Of a stretch of DNA of 64,000 bases, positions 36,737 to 48,116 are shown one piece after another. Where the stretch lies: positions 256,001 to 320,000 of the forward strand of contig CAWFXA010000001.1 in NCBI GenBank assembly GCA_963819655.1, written 5' to 3'. Position numbers and translations under genes: made by a program. The notes below the pieces were generated by a model, which worked only from the letters and a program-made list of their open reading frames with translations, ran no database searches and was not told the DNA's origin. The DNA is from an uncultured Chloroflexia bacterium (GTDB lineage Bacteria; Chloroflexota; Limnocylindria; Limnocylindrales; CSP1-4). Each line of letters opens with the position of its first letter. Positions within the stretch are counted from its first letter, which is position 1.

Positions 36737-38317
36737 CTAGTCGACGATGGTGCGGGACTGTTCGCGCATGAACTGCGCCACGTAGTACATCGACAGGCCG
36801 GCCTTGCCGGTCGAGCCACTGCCCTTCCAGCCTCCGAAGGCCTGGATGCCCGGCCACGCGCCGGTGGTCGCCCCTGCGCGCCGGTTGACATACAGCACCC
36901 CGGCCTGGATCCGGTCGAGGAACGTCTGTACCTCGGCCTTGTCCTCGCTGTATACACCGGCGGTGAGCCCGTAGATCGTGTCGTTGGCCAGCGTCAGCGC
37001 CTCGTCCAGCGAATCGACAGCATGAACGGCTGTGAGCGGCGCGAAGAACTCGTCGCGGAACAGGCGGTGGTCGGCCGGCAGGCCACCGACCACAGTCGGC
37101 TCGACGTAGAAGCCACGGGCCAGGTCGCCCTCGTCCAGGCGTTCCCCACCGATCAGCACCTGGCCGTCGCGTCGCGCCTCGCTCACCGCCTGCTGATGGC
37201 GATCGACAGCCCGCTCATCGATGATCGGGCCGAGCCAGTTCTGGCGGACCATCGGATCGCCGATCACGATCGACTCCGTCTTCTCGACCAGCAGCCGGAC
37301 GAGCTCATCGTGGACCGGTCGCTCGACGTAGACGCGTGAGTTCGCCGAGCACTTCTGACCGCCGAAGCCGAACGCGGAGCGCATGATCCCCTCGGCCGCC
37401 TCATCGAGATCGGCCGAGCGCGTGACGATCGCCGGGTTCTTGCCGCCCATCTCGACGATGCATGGGCGCGGCCACGTCTTGCTGAACGAGTGGAACAGCT
37501 GCATCCCCACGGCATACGAGCCGGTGAAGACGATGCCGTCGATGTCAGGGTGGTCCTGGAGCGCCTGACCGACGGTCTCGCCCGGGCCCATCACCATGTT
37601 GACCACGCCCTTCGGCACACCCGCGTCGATGTACGCCTGGAGCATGTTCTGCGCTGACAGCGGCGACGCCGAGGACGGCTTTATCACTACCGCGTTGCCG
37701 GCCATCATCGCCGCGCTCGATGGCCCGGTCGCGAGCGCCATGGGGAAGTTGAACGGGCTCACGACCGCGAACACGCCGTGCGGGCGCAGGATCGAGCGGG
37801 TGTGGACCGACGTATCCCCGAGGTTGCCCATCGGGTGGTCGTACCCGTCGTTGTCCTCCATGGTCTGCGCGTAGTAGCGGATGAGGTCGGCCAATTCCTC
37901 GACTTCGCCGAGCGACTCGATGCGGTTCTTGCCGACCTCGTAGCTCATCGCCGCCGAGTATTCGAACAGGCGGTCGCTGATCAGCTCCGCCGCGCGACGA
38001 AGGATCTCCAGGCGCTCCCGCCACGGGGTCGCGGCCCAGGCGGGCTGGGCGCGGCGCGCCGCCGCGACTGCCTCGTCGATGTCTGACGGCGTGCCGCTGG
38101 CGAACGTCCCGAGGAGGATCTCCGTATCGATCGGCGAGCGGGCTTCGAACGTCCCGACCCCGTCCCGCCAGGCACCATCGATGTAGTTCCGGTGATTGGC
38201 GCCGAGCTCACCGCGGACCTTGGTCGCGGCCTCCTCGAAGCCGGAATGCAGATCCTCGTTGTCGGCACGCAATGTGGCGTACGTGACCTTGATGCGAGGC
38301 TTGGCCTCGGACGTCAT
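36737..38317 (-). CDS. Aldehyde dehydrogenase (P5C-dehydrogenase-like)
   Basis: SPFNFP, FTGS, EMGGKN, GQKCSA, FGGWKGSG. Confidence 0.92.
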   Translation of the reverse strand: MTSEAKPRIKVTYATLRADNEDLHSGFEEAATKVRGELGANHRNYIDGAWRDGVGTFEARSPIDTEILLGTFASGTPSDIDEAVAAARRAQPAWAATPWRERLEILRRAAELISDRLFEYSAAMSYEVGKNRIESLGEVEELADLIRYYAQTMEDNDGYDHPMGNLGDTSVHTRSILRPHGVFAVVSPFNFPMALATGPSSAAMMAGNAVVIKPSSASPLSAQNMLQAYIDAGVPKGVVNMVMGPGETVGQALQDHPDIDGIVFTGSYAVGMQLFHSFSKTWPRPCIVEMGGKNPAIVTRSADLDEAAEGIMRSAFGFGGQKCSANSRVYVERPVHDELVRLLVEKTESIVIGDPMVRQNWLGPIIDERAVDRHQQAVSEARRDGQVLIGGERLDEGDLARGFYVEPTVVGGLPADHRLFRDEFFAPLTAVHAVDSLDEALTLANDTIYGLTAGVYSEDKAEVQTFLDRIQAGVLYVNRRAGATTGAWPGIQAFGGWKGSGSTGKAGLSMYYVAQFMREQSRTIVD

Positions 38318-38357
38318 AGCGGATCCCTCGTTCGTCGGTGGGTCGGCAGCGTGACCG

Positions 38358-39089
38358 TCAGTCTACGTCGAGTGGCCGCGGCGGCTGGCCGTCGTCGGCG
38401 GCAGAAGGGTCGCCGAACACGGCCTCGACATGGATGCCTTCGGTCATCGTGATCGTCACCCGCCGGGCGCCGGCCTTCATCGCCGCGGTCCGCGCCGTCT
38501 CGGCCAGCTCCGCCTGCAGCTCGAGGAGGCTCGCCGGAGGACCCGATCGCTGGTCGTCGGTCGAGCCCGGCCCCCACGGGGAGTACATCGAGAGCTGCTG
38601 GTTGACCCGGGCCAGCACCGCGGTCGCGCGCTCGAACGCACCCGGCGCGTCGGGATCGATGCCGCGCAGCTGGCCCCTCGCCTCGGCCTCGAAACGCGCA
38701 AGGTCCACGGGTGTCGGCGGCGTGAACTCGGGCATCGACGGGGCGAGCAGGATCCCGGCACCCACTGCGTAGCCGACGAGCCCGGCGGCAAGGCTCAGCA
38801 CCAGGTCGACGGTCTGCGGCGTCGTGATGGTCGGAAACAGGAGCGGGCCGAGCTGCGCCGCGACGATGAAGCCGATGGCATAGCCGGTCGCCCCCCAGCC
38901 GGCGCGGATCACGAGCGCCGCGACGACCGCGATCGCGGCTGGAGCCAACAGGGTGACGACGGGACCGGACCAACCGGCACCGGCAACGAGACCACCCGCG
39001 ACCAGGATCTGCCCGGCGGCCCCGAACGCCGCTCCGAGGAGCACGTTGAGCCAGATCGGTCGTGTCGTCGAGAACGGGGAGCCCCACAT
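38358..39089 (-). CDS. Hypothetical membrane protein
   Basis: Four N-terminal hydrophobic helices and a helical C-terminal domain. Confidence 0.65.
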   Translation of the reverse strand: MWGSPFSTTRPIWLNVLLGAAFGAAGQILVAGGLVAGAGWSGPVVTLLAPAAIAVVAALVIRAGWGATGYAIGFIVAAQLGPLLFPTITTPQTVDLVLSLAAGLVGYAVGAGILLAPSMPEFTPPTPVDLARFEAEARGQLRGIDPDAPGAFERATAVLARVNQQLSMYSPWGPGSTDDQRSGPPASLLELQAELAETARTAAMKAGARRVTITMTEGIHVEAVFGDPSAADDGQPPRPLDVD

Positions 39090-39109
39090 GTCGATCCCCT
39101 CGTTACGCG

Positions 39110-39979
39110 CTAGCCGAGCGCCCTGACCACAGCGGCCAGGTCGGGCGCCACGGCGTCCGGGCGGCGCCCGCCGCGCTCGTTCGCGGCGGCCTCGATGTCG
39201 GCCTCGCCGTGCTTCCCGGACAGGACGAGGATGCCACGCAAACCGGCTCGCTGGGCGGCCCGGATATCGGTGCGCACGTCGTCGCCGACCATCGCGATGT
39301 CGCCGCGGGCTAGGTCGCGACCCGCCTCTCGGCGGAGGTCGCGGACACCCTGCGAGAAGAACGCCGCAGACGGCTTACCGACGATCGTGGCGGGCCGCTC
39401 GGTGGCGAACTCGAGTCCGCTCACGAACGCGCCGGAGTCGAGCGTCGGACCGTCTGGGGTGAGCCACCAGGCGTTGCGATGCATGCCGACGAGGACCGCA
39501 CCATCGAGGATCAGGCGGAACGCCCGGTTGAGGTTGTCATAGGTCGCCTCCTCGGGCGAGTCCCCGATCACCACGGCCGCCGCGGTCGCCCCACGCTTCC
39601 CGGCCTCCTCGTGGGTCAGCAGCCGCTGTCCCCCGAATTCGGACCTGGCGTCCTCCGAGGCGAGCACGTAGAGCGGCTGATCCCGGAAGTGGCGTGCCGT
39701 CCAGGCTGCGGACGCCGAGAGCGCCGACTCGAAGCGAGAGGCGGGGATCGGGGCTCCGAGCTTGGTCGACCAGCGCGCGAGCGTCTCCCGGCTCACCGCT
39801 GACGTGTTCGTGACGATCCGGTAGGGCGTCCGGCGGCGTTCGAGCTCGGCGATCGCATCGGCCGCGCCGGGGATGGCCTGGCCGGCCAGCACGATGACGC
39901 CGTCGAGGTCGAGCAGGAGAGCCCGCACGCCGGCCAGTGCCGTGCCGAGGTCGGTCGGCGGACGGGAGCGGTGGGGCAT
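39110..39979 (-). CDS. HAD-IIA hydrolase (NagD/LHPP-like)
   Basis: DLDGV, VTN, GKPS, MVGDD..TDI. Confidence 0.92.
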   Translation of the reverse strand: MPHRSRPPTDLGTALAGVRALLLDLDGVIVLAGQAIPGAADAIAELERRRTPYRIVTNTSAVSRETLARWSTKLGAPIPASRFESALSASAAWTARHFRDQPLYVLASEDARSEFGGQRLLTHEEAGKRGATAAAVVIGDSPEEATYDNLNRAFRLILDGAVLVGMHRNAWWLTPDGPTLDSGAFVSGLEFATERPATIVGKPSAAFFSQGVRDLRREAGRDLARGDIAMVGDDVRTDIRAAQRAGLRGILVLSGKHGEADIEAAANERGGRRPDAVAPDLAAVVRALG

Positions 39980-40009
39980 GATGGAAGCCTATCGGAACGG
40001 AGGTGCCGG

Positions 40010-40792
40010 ATGGGTCTGCTCGAGGGCAAGAACGCGCTGGTGTTCGGCGTCGCGAACGACCATTCGATCGCGTGGGGCATCGCCAAGGCCCTCCACGCCG
40101 AGGGCGCCTCAGTCGGCTTCTCGTCGATCGAGAGCCTGATCGAGAAGCGCGTCCGGCCGCTCGCGGATTCGATCGGGTCGACCTTCGTCGAGCCGTGCGA
40201 CGTCCAGTCGGACGCGGATATCGAGCGCGTCTTCCGCCGCTGGGGCGAGACGACCGACCATCTTGACATCCTCGTTCATGCCCTCGCGTTCGCGAAGCGC
40301 GAAGACCTGGCCGGCGGCTTCGTCGACACGTCGCGCGACGGGTTCGCGCTGGCCATGGACGTGTCCGCCTACTCGCTGGTGGCAGTGGCCCGTGGTGCGC
40401 GGCCGCTTCTCCGGCCAGGCTCCTCAGTGCTGACGCTCACCTACTACGGCGCCGAGAAGGTGGTCTCGAACTACAACGTGATGGGTGTGGCCAAGGCCGC
40501 GCTGGAGGCATCCGTCCGCTATCTCGCCGCCGACCTCGGCCCGGACGGGGTTCGCGTCAACGCGATCAGCGCGGGTCCGATCAGGACGCTCGCGGCCGCA
40601 GGCATCGCCGGCTTCAAGAAGATGTACGGCGCGTTCGACGATGTCGCGCCGCTGCGCTCGAACATCTCCATCGGGGACGTCGGCAAGACGGCGGTCTACC
40701 TCGCGTCGGACCTGTCGAGTGCCGTGACCGGCGAGGTCATCCACGTCGACGGCGGGTTCAACATCGTCGGCGTCCCGACCGGCGGCGAGTAG
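40010..40792 (+). CDS. fabI: Enoyl-ACP reductase
   Basis: GVANDHSIAWGIA, YNVMGVAKAALE, SAGPIRTLAA. Confidence 0.96.
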   Translation: MGLLEGKNALVFGVANDHSIAWGIAKALHAEGASVGFSSIESLIEKRVRPLADSIGSTFVEPCDVQSDADIERVFRRWGETTDHLDILVHALAFAKREDLAGGFVDTSRDGFALAMDVSAYSLVAVARGARPLLRPGSSVLTLTYYGAEKVVSNYNVMGVAKAALEASVRYLAADLGPDGVRVNAISAGPIRTLAAAGIAGFKKMYGAFDDVAPLRSNISIGDVGKTAVYLASDLSSAVTGEVIHVDGGFNIVGVPTGGE

Positions 40793-40800
40793 ACCCGGGC

Positions 40801-41544
40801 TCAGCCTCCGGCCAGGCCACGGACCAGCGCCTCGAGGTCGGCGACCGACAATGCGCCGGTCGTGCGCGCCCTCACATTCCCGTCCGGCCCGATGAACACC
40901 CAGAACGGGTACGCGCTGAGGCCGTACGCGTTCGCGACGCTGTTGGTCGGGTCGACGATGACCGGGACGGTCCAGCCCTCGCGTGCCAGCCACGCCTCGG
41001 GTGGATAGTTCGGCGCGGATGGGTCGATCCCGGTCGCGACCGACACGAGGTCGAGTCCCGCTGGCACGCCGCCCGCGTTGACCCACGCCTGGATCACCGG
41101 CACCTCCTGTTGGCAATGGGGGCACCAATGGGCGAGGAAGACCACGACCTTGGGCCGCCCGTCGGCAGCGATCGTCACGGGCTTGCCGGTGAAGTCCGCA
41201 CCGGTCACCCCCGGGGCGACCTGCCCGACGGCGGGATCGCCGTCCGGACCCTCGAACTGCGGGAGCGGACTACCAGTGATGACCGGGGCCTGGGCCGCCA
41301 GCCCTGACCCCGATCCGCCCGGGCCACCGCTCGCCGCCGACGGCGGCACGGATGAGCTCCCGCCGCCGGGCGGCGCCCCACTTCCAGGCAGGACGATGGC
41401 CAGGATCGCAGCCACGACCACGGCCGCCGCGATCAGCCCGGGGAGTAGCCACCGGGAGGCGGGTGTGCGGCGGGTCGTCGCCCGGCGGGCTTCTGCGCGC
41501 TGGGCTTCGCGGCGGGCGCGGCGATCGCCGGGGCTCGAAGTCAT
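40801..41544 (-). CDS. Membrane-anchored TlpA/DsbA-like thiol-disulfide oxidoreductase
   Basis: HWCPHC, cis-Pro motif AYP, N-terminal TM helix. Confidence 0.88.
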   Translation of the reverse strand: MTSSPGDRRARREAQRAEARRATTRRTPASRWLLPGLIAAAVVVAAILAIVLPGSGAPPGGGSSSVPPSAASGGPGGSGSGLAAQAPVITGSPLPQFEGPDGDPAVGQVAPGVTGADFTGKPVTIAADGRPKVVVFLAHWCPHCQQEVPVIQAWVNAGGVPAGLDLVSVATGIDPSAPNYPPEAWLAREGWTVPVIVDPTNSVANAYGLSAYPFWVFIGPDGNVRARTTGALSVADLEALVRGLAGG

Positions 41545-42113
41545 CGGTCTCTCCATCGTTCGGCCTCGTCCGGGTCCCGGATGAGGGTCAAGGTGAGGAT
41601 CAGCAGGAAGGCGGTCAGGGCGAGGGTCGGCAGACTGAAGACGCCGAAGGCGCGGAACCAGACGAACGTGCACGGTGCCGCGACCGCACATGCGCCGCTG
41701 TCGAGCGATGGGATCCACTCGAGCACGACATGGTAGGCGGCGATCAGCGCCCCGACGGCGGCCAGGGCCGCGGCCCCGGTCGGCGCCCGGGCCTCGCGGC
41801 GGAGCGCCGCGACGCCGAACAGCACCACGAAGGGGTACATCGCGATCCGCTGATACCAGCACAAGGTACACGGCGTGAAGCGCGCCACTTCCGAGAAGTA
41901 GAGACTGCCGGCGGTGGCCAGGAGCGCCACGATCCAGGCTGCGACCATCGCCCGGGGCTGGACGACGCGCGCGAGCCCGGCGTACGCGTCGAGTGCCGGA
42001 TCAGACCCGATGGCAAGGAGCCGCAGGACCCCGACCACGACCATGAAGACGATTCCGGCGATCGCCAGGATCGCGTAGAACCGCTCGACGAGGTCGACGG
42101 TCAGCTCAGGCAT
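41541..42113 (-). CDS. dsbB: Disulfide bond formation protein (DsbB/BdbC)
   Basis: GSLYFSE, PCTLCWYQRI.MYP, second Cys pair. Confidence 0.9.
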   Translation of the reverse strand: MPELTVDLVERFYAILAIAGIVFMVVVGVLRLLAIGSDPALDAYAGLARVVQPRAMVAAWIVALLATAGSLYFSEVARFTPCTLCWYQRIAMYPFVVLFGVAALRREARAPTGAAALAAVGALIAAYHVVLEWIPSLDSGACAVAAPCTFVWFRAFGVFSLPTLALTAFLLILTLTLIRDPDEAERWRDR

Positions 42114-42591
42114 CGCCCTCGCTCGCCCGACAGCTCGCACAGACGCCGGTCAGCGTCAGGTGGGGAACGTCGATCGTGAACCCGTGCTCGTCGCGGACGC
42201 CATCGACGGCTGCGACGACTGCCGGATCGTCGCGGGCGAGCTCCCACGCGCCGGAACACACCCGGCAGAAGAGGTGGGCGTGCTCGGCGGCCGGCAGGAC
42301 GTGGAACTCCTCGCGCCCATCGGCCCCGTGGCTATGGCGGAGGACGCCGAGCTGCTCGAGGACGTCGAGCGTCCGATACACCGTCGATGGGATCGTGTCG
42401 GGATCGAGCGCGCGACAGCGATCGACGAGCTCCGCGCCGGTCACGTGACCGTCGGTCTGCGACAGGACCTCGACGAGGATCCGTCGCTGCGGCGTCCAGC
42501 GCAGGCCGCGCGCGCGCAGCTCGTCCGGGATGCCGGCCCACGGCCGGCCGACGTCCGGAGTCCAGTCAGGAGGTGATCCCGTCGCGCGCAT
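42106..42591 (-). CDS. Fur-family regulator, Nur-like
   Basis: TPQR, STVYRTL, HSH, HAHLFCRVC, VPH, CASC; TATACT 7 nt before ATG. Confidence 0.9.
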   Translation of the reverse strand: MRATGSPPDWTPDVGRPWAGIPDELRARGLRWTPQRRILVEVLSQTDGHVTGAELVDRCRALDPDTIPSTVYRTLDVLEQLGVLRHSHGADGREEFHVLPAAEHAHLFCRVCSGAWELARDDPAVVAAVDGVRDEHGFTIDVPHLTLTGVCASCRASEGDA

Positions 42592-42694
42592 CGCGCGAAG
42601 TATAGGGTGACAACCGCCAACCGCTGCAGATGCAACACGTTGCGATACGCCGCGTCGCGCGGTAGGCTATCCGTCCCGCACGGAGGATCCACGC

Positions 42695-43654
42695 GTGCTC
42701 GATGTCCTGACCGCCGTCGCGACACCAGCCGGTGTCGGCGTGCTCGTCACCGGCCTCGCCCTCGGGATCCGTCACGGCATCGATTGGGATCACATCGCGG
42801 CGATCACCGACATCACCAGCACCACCGCCGCGGCCGGCGTCGCCGAGGCCGCCCACGAAGAGCAGCATCGATCGGTCAGCGGTGACCATCACGGCCACGG
42901 TGGATCGCTCGAGAAGTACGCCCACGACGCGGGGCCGGGTGCCGCGACACTCGCTCCTGCGCTGCGCGGCGGCGTGCCGGCACCAGCAAGATTCGGGCGC
43001 GAGCAGCTCGAGGCCGTCCAGCTCGGGACGCTGTATGCGCTCGGGCACGGGCTGGTGGTCGTGGCGCTCGGGATCGCCGCGCTGTCATTCGGCGCGCTCC
43101 TGCCTGGATGGCTCGACCCGATCATGGGACGCATCGTCGGGCTGACGCTGGTCGGCCTCGGCCTGTGGGTGCTCTACTCCGTCTATCGCTACGCCCGCGG
43201 CGGCGAGTCGTTCCGACTCCGTAGCCGCTGGATGCTCGTGTTCGACGGGGTGCGCTACGCGTGGCGGCGGTTCGGCGCGCGCCTGCACGGCCACGAGCAC
43301 GTCGAACCGCTCGAGATGAGCTCGTACGGCCCCAAGACCGCGTTCGGCGTCGGGATGATCCACGGCGTCGGCGCGGAGACCGGCACGCAGGTGCTGCTCA
43401 TCACGGCGGTCGGCGGGGCAGCCAGCGCGGGCCTCGGCATCCCGATGCTGCTCGCCTTCGTCGTCGGGCTGCTCATCTCCAACTTCGCCATCGTGGTCAT
43501 GACGTCGGTCGGCTTCGTGGCCAGCCAGACGCGCGAACGGATCTACGTCGTCGTCGGCCTGATCGCCGGGGTCTTCAGCCTCGTGCTCGGAACGATCTAC
43601 CTTGCTTCGATGGACGCGATCGTCCCGGAGATGGACTCGCTCCTCCCGTTCTGA
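42695..43654 (+). CDS. NiCoT/HoxN-like nickel/cobalt transporter
   Basis: RHGIDWDH signature, His-rich loop, ALGHG, GMIHG. Confidence 0.8.
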   Translation: MLDVLTAVATPAGVGVLVTGLALGIRHGIDWDHIAAITDITSTTAAAGVAEAAHEEQHRSVSGDHHGHGGSLEKYAHDAGPGAATLAPALRGGVPAPARFGREQLEAVQLGTLYALGHGLVVVALGIAALSFGALLPGWLDPIMGRIVGLTLVGLGLWVLYSVYRYARGGESFRLRSRWMLVFDGVRYAWRRFGARLHGHEHVEPLEMSSYGPKTAFGVGMIHGVGAETGTQVLLITAVGGAASAGLGIPMLLAFVVGLLISNFAIVVMTSVGFVASQTRERIYVVVGLIAGVFSLVLGTIYLASMDAIVPEMDSLLPF

Positions 43655-43655
43655 G

Positions 43656-44534
43656 TCAGGACCGAGCGGGCGCCGCCGACGAGCCCGCGACCTGGGCCAG
43701 GGCCGGCCGTGTCGGCCGGAGGAACAGGTAGAGCACCACCACGACGTAGGTCAGCCATACGACGAAGGTCGTGACCTCGGGCGTCGCCGAGTAGCCGAAC
43801 AGCGCTCGGAGGAACTGGCCGAGCACGTTGCCACCGTCCGCGCTGTGCGGCAGCACGCCCGACAGGTCGAACAGCGTCTGCGTCCCGAACGGGATCACGC
43901 CGATCTCGATGAGCTCGTGGACGCCGACCGACAGGAGTCCGGCCGCGATGAAGATCAGGGCGACGCCCGTCCAGCGGAAGAACGTGGCGAGGTTGAGCCG
44001 GCGCGAGCCCTGGTAGAAGCCGACACCCAGCACGGCAGCGATCAGCAGACCGATCACTGCCCCGATGAGCACCGACGGGGCGCCCAGATCCGCCGAGTTC
44101 GCCTGACCGACGAGGAACAGCGACGTCTCGAGCCCCTCGCGGATGACGGCGACGAACGCCAGGACGGTGAGGGCGATCACGGAGCCGTCGTCAAGCGCTC
44201 GATCGACCGCCGCCTGGAGCTCGCCCTTCACGCTGCGTGCCTGGCGGCGCATCCAGAACAGCATCCATGTCACGACCGCGGCCGCCGCGAACAGCGTGAT
44301 CGCCTCGAAGATCTGCTCGTATGGCTCCTCGAGACCCCCGACGGTCACGAAGAGGACGATGCCGAGAACGACGCTCAGGCCGATCGCGGCTCCCGCGCCG
44401 GCGAAGACCATCGGGAATCTGTCGCGGTTCCCGGTCTTTGCCAGATACGCGCAGATGATGGCGATGATGAGGGCGGCCTCGACCCCCTCGCGCAGGCCGG
44501 TCAGCAAGCCGGTGGAAAAGGCGCCGAGATCCAT
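43656..44534 (-). CDS. FTR1/EfeU iron permease
   Basis: Two REGxE motifs (REGVE, REGLE). Confidence 0.92.
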   Translation of the reverse strand: MDLGAFSTGLLTGLREGVEAALIIAIICAYLAKTGNRDRFPMVFAGAGAAIGLSVVLGIVLFVTVGGLEEPYEQIFEAITLFAAAAVVTWMLFWMRRQARSVKGELQAAVDRALDDGSVIALTVLAFVAVIREGLETSLFLVGQANSADLGAPSVLIGAVIGLLIAAVLGVGFYQGSRRLNLATFFRWTGVALIFIAAGLLSVGVHELIEIGVIPFGTQTLFDLSGVLPHSADGGNVLGQFLRALFGYSATPEVTTFVVWLTYVVVVLYLFLRPTRPALAQVAGSSAAPARS

Positions 44535-44641
44535 GCTCGATCAAACTCCGCAAGGCGACATGATGATGACGCGCAAGTGCGCTTGTCATGCGGATGCTAG
44601 TCGGCACACGGAGCGGGCGTCAAGCACCGATCGCGTGGGAC

Positions 44642-45363
44642 CTAATCCGCGGCGCGCACCTGGAAACGGCGGAGCGAGAAGGCAGTCAGCGCGATCCCGC
44701 CGGCGATGACGACGGCGATGATCCCGACCGAGGTCGACAGAGCGAGCGGCTCGACGCCGACGTCCTCGCCGGTCAGCGCAGCCGCCATTCCGAGCATGGC
44801 CTGACGGACCGACAGGAACCGCGTCCCCTCCAGGAGACCTGCCAGGACGCCCTCCCAGATCAGGGTGTAGCCGAGGCCTACGATCAGGGCACGCGAGGTC
44901 ATCGCGCCGAGTGCGGTGAAGCCGACGGCGTACGCGGTCCCGCCCGCGAGCGCAGCCACCGCGAACCCGATCGTGACCCTGATCAATTCGGCACCGAGGC
45001 CGCCCAGCAGCAGCCCCGTCAGGAGGATCGGCGGCACCACGAGAACCCCGGTGATGAACGCGGCGACCGCGACTTTCGCGAGGCCAGTCAGCCAGCGCGG
45101 GACCGGCTTGATGAGTTGGAAGATGAGCGTGCCGTCGTCGATCTCGGAGCCGATCGCGCCGGTGCCGATGACCAGCGCGACGAGCGGGGCGACCGTCCGG
45201 ATGCACAGCGTGTCGAGGATCTCGGGCGCGTCGGGTCGCCCGCCGCCGAGCCGGACGACGACGCCCAGCAGGACCGGCAGGCAGGCCAGGATCGCGATCG
45301 TGAGGGTCCGACGGCGGCCGACCAGCGCGCGCAACGTCAGCTCGACGATGGCCCGGAACGCCC

Positions 45364-45367
<4 letters not shown>
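44642..45367 (-). CDS. ABC-2 type permease
   Basis: Six TM helices, EIDDGT; coupled to the ATPase gene. Confidence 0.88.
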
Positions 45368-46283
<916 letters not shown>

Positions 46284-46287
<4 letters not shown>

Positions 46288-47189
46288 ACCGTGACCGTCA
46301 GGTACCGGCGCACGACGACCGCCAGTGAGCCGACCACGAAGGCAAGCGCCGTGACGATGTAGACCCAGCCGGGCAACGTGGCGATGATGAACGTCTCCCC
46401 GCCGATCCTGAGGGGCCCGTAGATCGCCCCGTTCACCCCATCGACGACGTCACTCGGGCTCGCGAGGAGCAGCACCCGGGCGACGTCTGGTACGGACAAC
46501 GCAGCCAGGATGCCCACCACGATGGGCGGCACGATGAACGCCGCGATGATCGCCGCGACGGCGTACGCCCGTCGCGGCGTGTACGACGCGACGACCGCGG
46601 CGACGCCGGCGAACACGCCGGATCCGAGCACGCACACCGTGAGATAGCGCGGGATCTCCGGGAGCTCCTTGCTGATGCCGGTCAGCGGATCCGCGGCCGC
46701 AAGGATCGCGCCGACGGTCAGCAGGAGCTGTGGCGCGACGGTCATGATCAGGATCGCGATGAACAGACCGCCGGTCCGGGCGAGCGCGTAGTCGACCCGG
46801 GTCAGCACCCGCGAGAAGTACAGCGGCAGGACACCGTAGCGCTGGTCACGCCCGAACAGCTCGGGCGCCTGGGCGGCGCTGAACAGCATGACCAGCGTCG
46901 AGGTCACGCTCCAGTAGGTGTCGTGGCGGATGGGGTTGGCTTCGTCCAGGACGTCTGCCGCGCCGGCCTGCCTCGCCAGCGCGGTGATCCCCACGGCGAG
47001 CAGGGCGGGCAGCATGTTCAGGATCAGCAGCAGGAAGGGCGCGACCTTGGCGCGCCCGCCGCGACCGATGCCGTACGCCTCCCGAAGCGTCTGGCGCAGC
47101 AGACCGAGGGCGACCGTCGGGCGGCCGAACTGCGGGCCATCGTAGCCGCGGTAGCCCAGGTCGTAGATGTTGCCCGCGGGCGCGGTCAC
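46284..47189 (-). CDS. ABC-2 type permease
   Basis: IYDLGYR.Y, RDQRYGVLPLYFSR; GTGA coupling. Confidence 0.88.
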
Positions 47190-48079
47190 TGGAACAGCTC
47201 TTCGAGACCGCGGCGCCGCTGCTCGATCCGGACCAGTGGCAGGCCGAGGTCGGCCACGGCGTCGCGCACGATATCCCACGGCCGGTCGTCGACCAGCTCC
47301 ACGAGCACCGTGCGGCCGTCAGCGACTGCCTGCAATCCAGCCGCCACGAGCGCATCGGCCAGGGCGGCGGCGCCCTCCTCGACGTCGACCGCGAGCGTGC
47401 CGGTACGCTCGGTGAAGGTCGTCAGCGGCGCCGACCTGATGAGGCGTCCGGCGTCGACCGCGACGAGGTGATCGCAGACGCGTTCGATCTCGCCGAGCAG
47501 GTGGCTGGCGACCACGACGGCGATCCCGAACTCGGTGCCGGTCCGCTTGACCAGCGCCAGCATCTCGTCGCGTCCGGCAGGGTCGAGGCCGTTCGTCGGT
47601 TCATCGAGCAGCAGCAGCCTGGGACCGTGGACGAGCGCCTGGGCCAGCTTCACACGCTGCTTCATGCCGGTCGAATAGCCGCCGATCGGCCGATAGCGCT
47701 CCTCGTACAGCCCCACGTGACGGAGCATCTCGGCCGCTCGTTCACGGGCGGCTGGGCGGGGCAGGCCCGACAGTCGCGCCATCTGGCCGACGAAGTCGGC
47801 CGCTGTCGTATCCGGCGGCAGGCAGTCCGATTCGGGCATGTAGCCGACGAACCGGCGCAACGTGGTGCCCTGCCGACGCACGTCGTAGCCGAGGACGGTC
47901 GCCTCGCCGGATGTCTGGGGCAGCAGCCCGAGCAGGATCCGCAGGAGCGTGCTCTTGCCGGCGCCGTTGGCGCCGACCAGGCCGATGATGCCGGGCTCGA
48001 GCTCGACCGTCAGGTCGTCGAGCGCGGTGACTCCACCCGGATAGTGCTTGGTGAGGGCCTGCGTCGCGATGAGGGGCAT
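47186..48079 (-). CDS. ABC transporter ATPase
   Basis: GANGAGKS, YSTGMKQR, LLDEPT. Confidence 0.95.
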   Translation of the reverse strand: MPLIATQALTKHYPGGVTALDDLTVELEPGIIGLVGANGAGKSTLLRILLGLLPQTSGEATVLGYDVRRQGTTLRRFVGYMPESDCLPPDTTAADFVGQMARLSGLPRPAARERAAEMLRHVGLYEERYRPIGGYSTGMKQRVKLAQALVHGPRLLLLDEPTNGLDPAGRDEMLALVKRTGTEFGIAVVVASHLLGEIERVCDHLVAVDAGRLIRSAPLTTFTERTGTLAVDVEEGAAALADALVAAGLQAVADGRTVLVELVDDRPWDIVRDAVADLGLPLVRIEQRRRGLEELFQ

Positions 48080-48116
48080 CGCTCGCGAAGCCTAGCGGAC
48101 GGGCGCCCGACGAGAG

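Noticed and set aside
42162-42190. GGGGAAC as a fourth ECF promoter (also 30951-30958 on the minus strand)
   Set aside because: No GTGTA at the 15-nt spacing, and the orientation or location is wrong.
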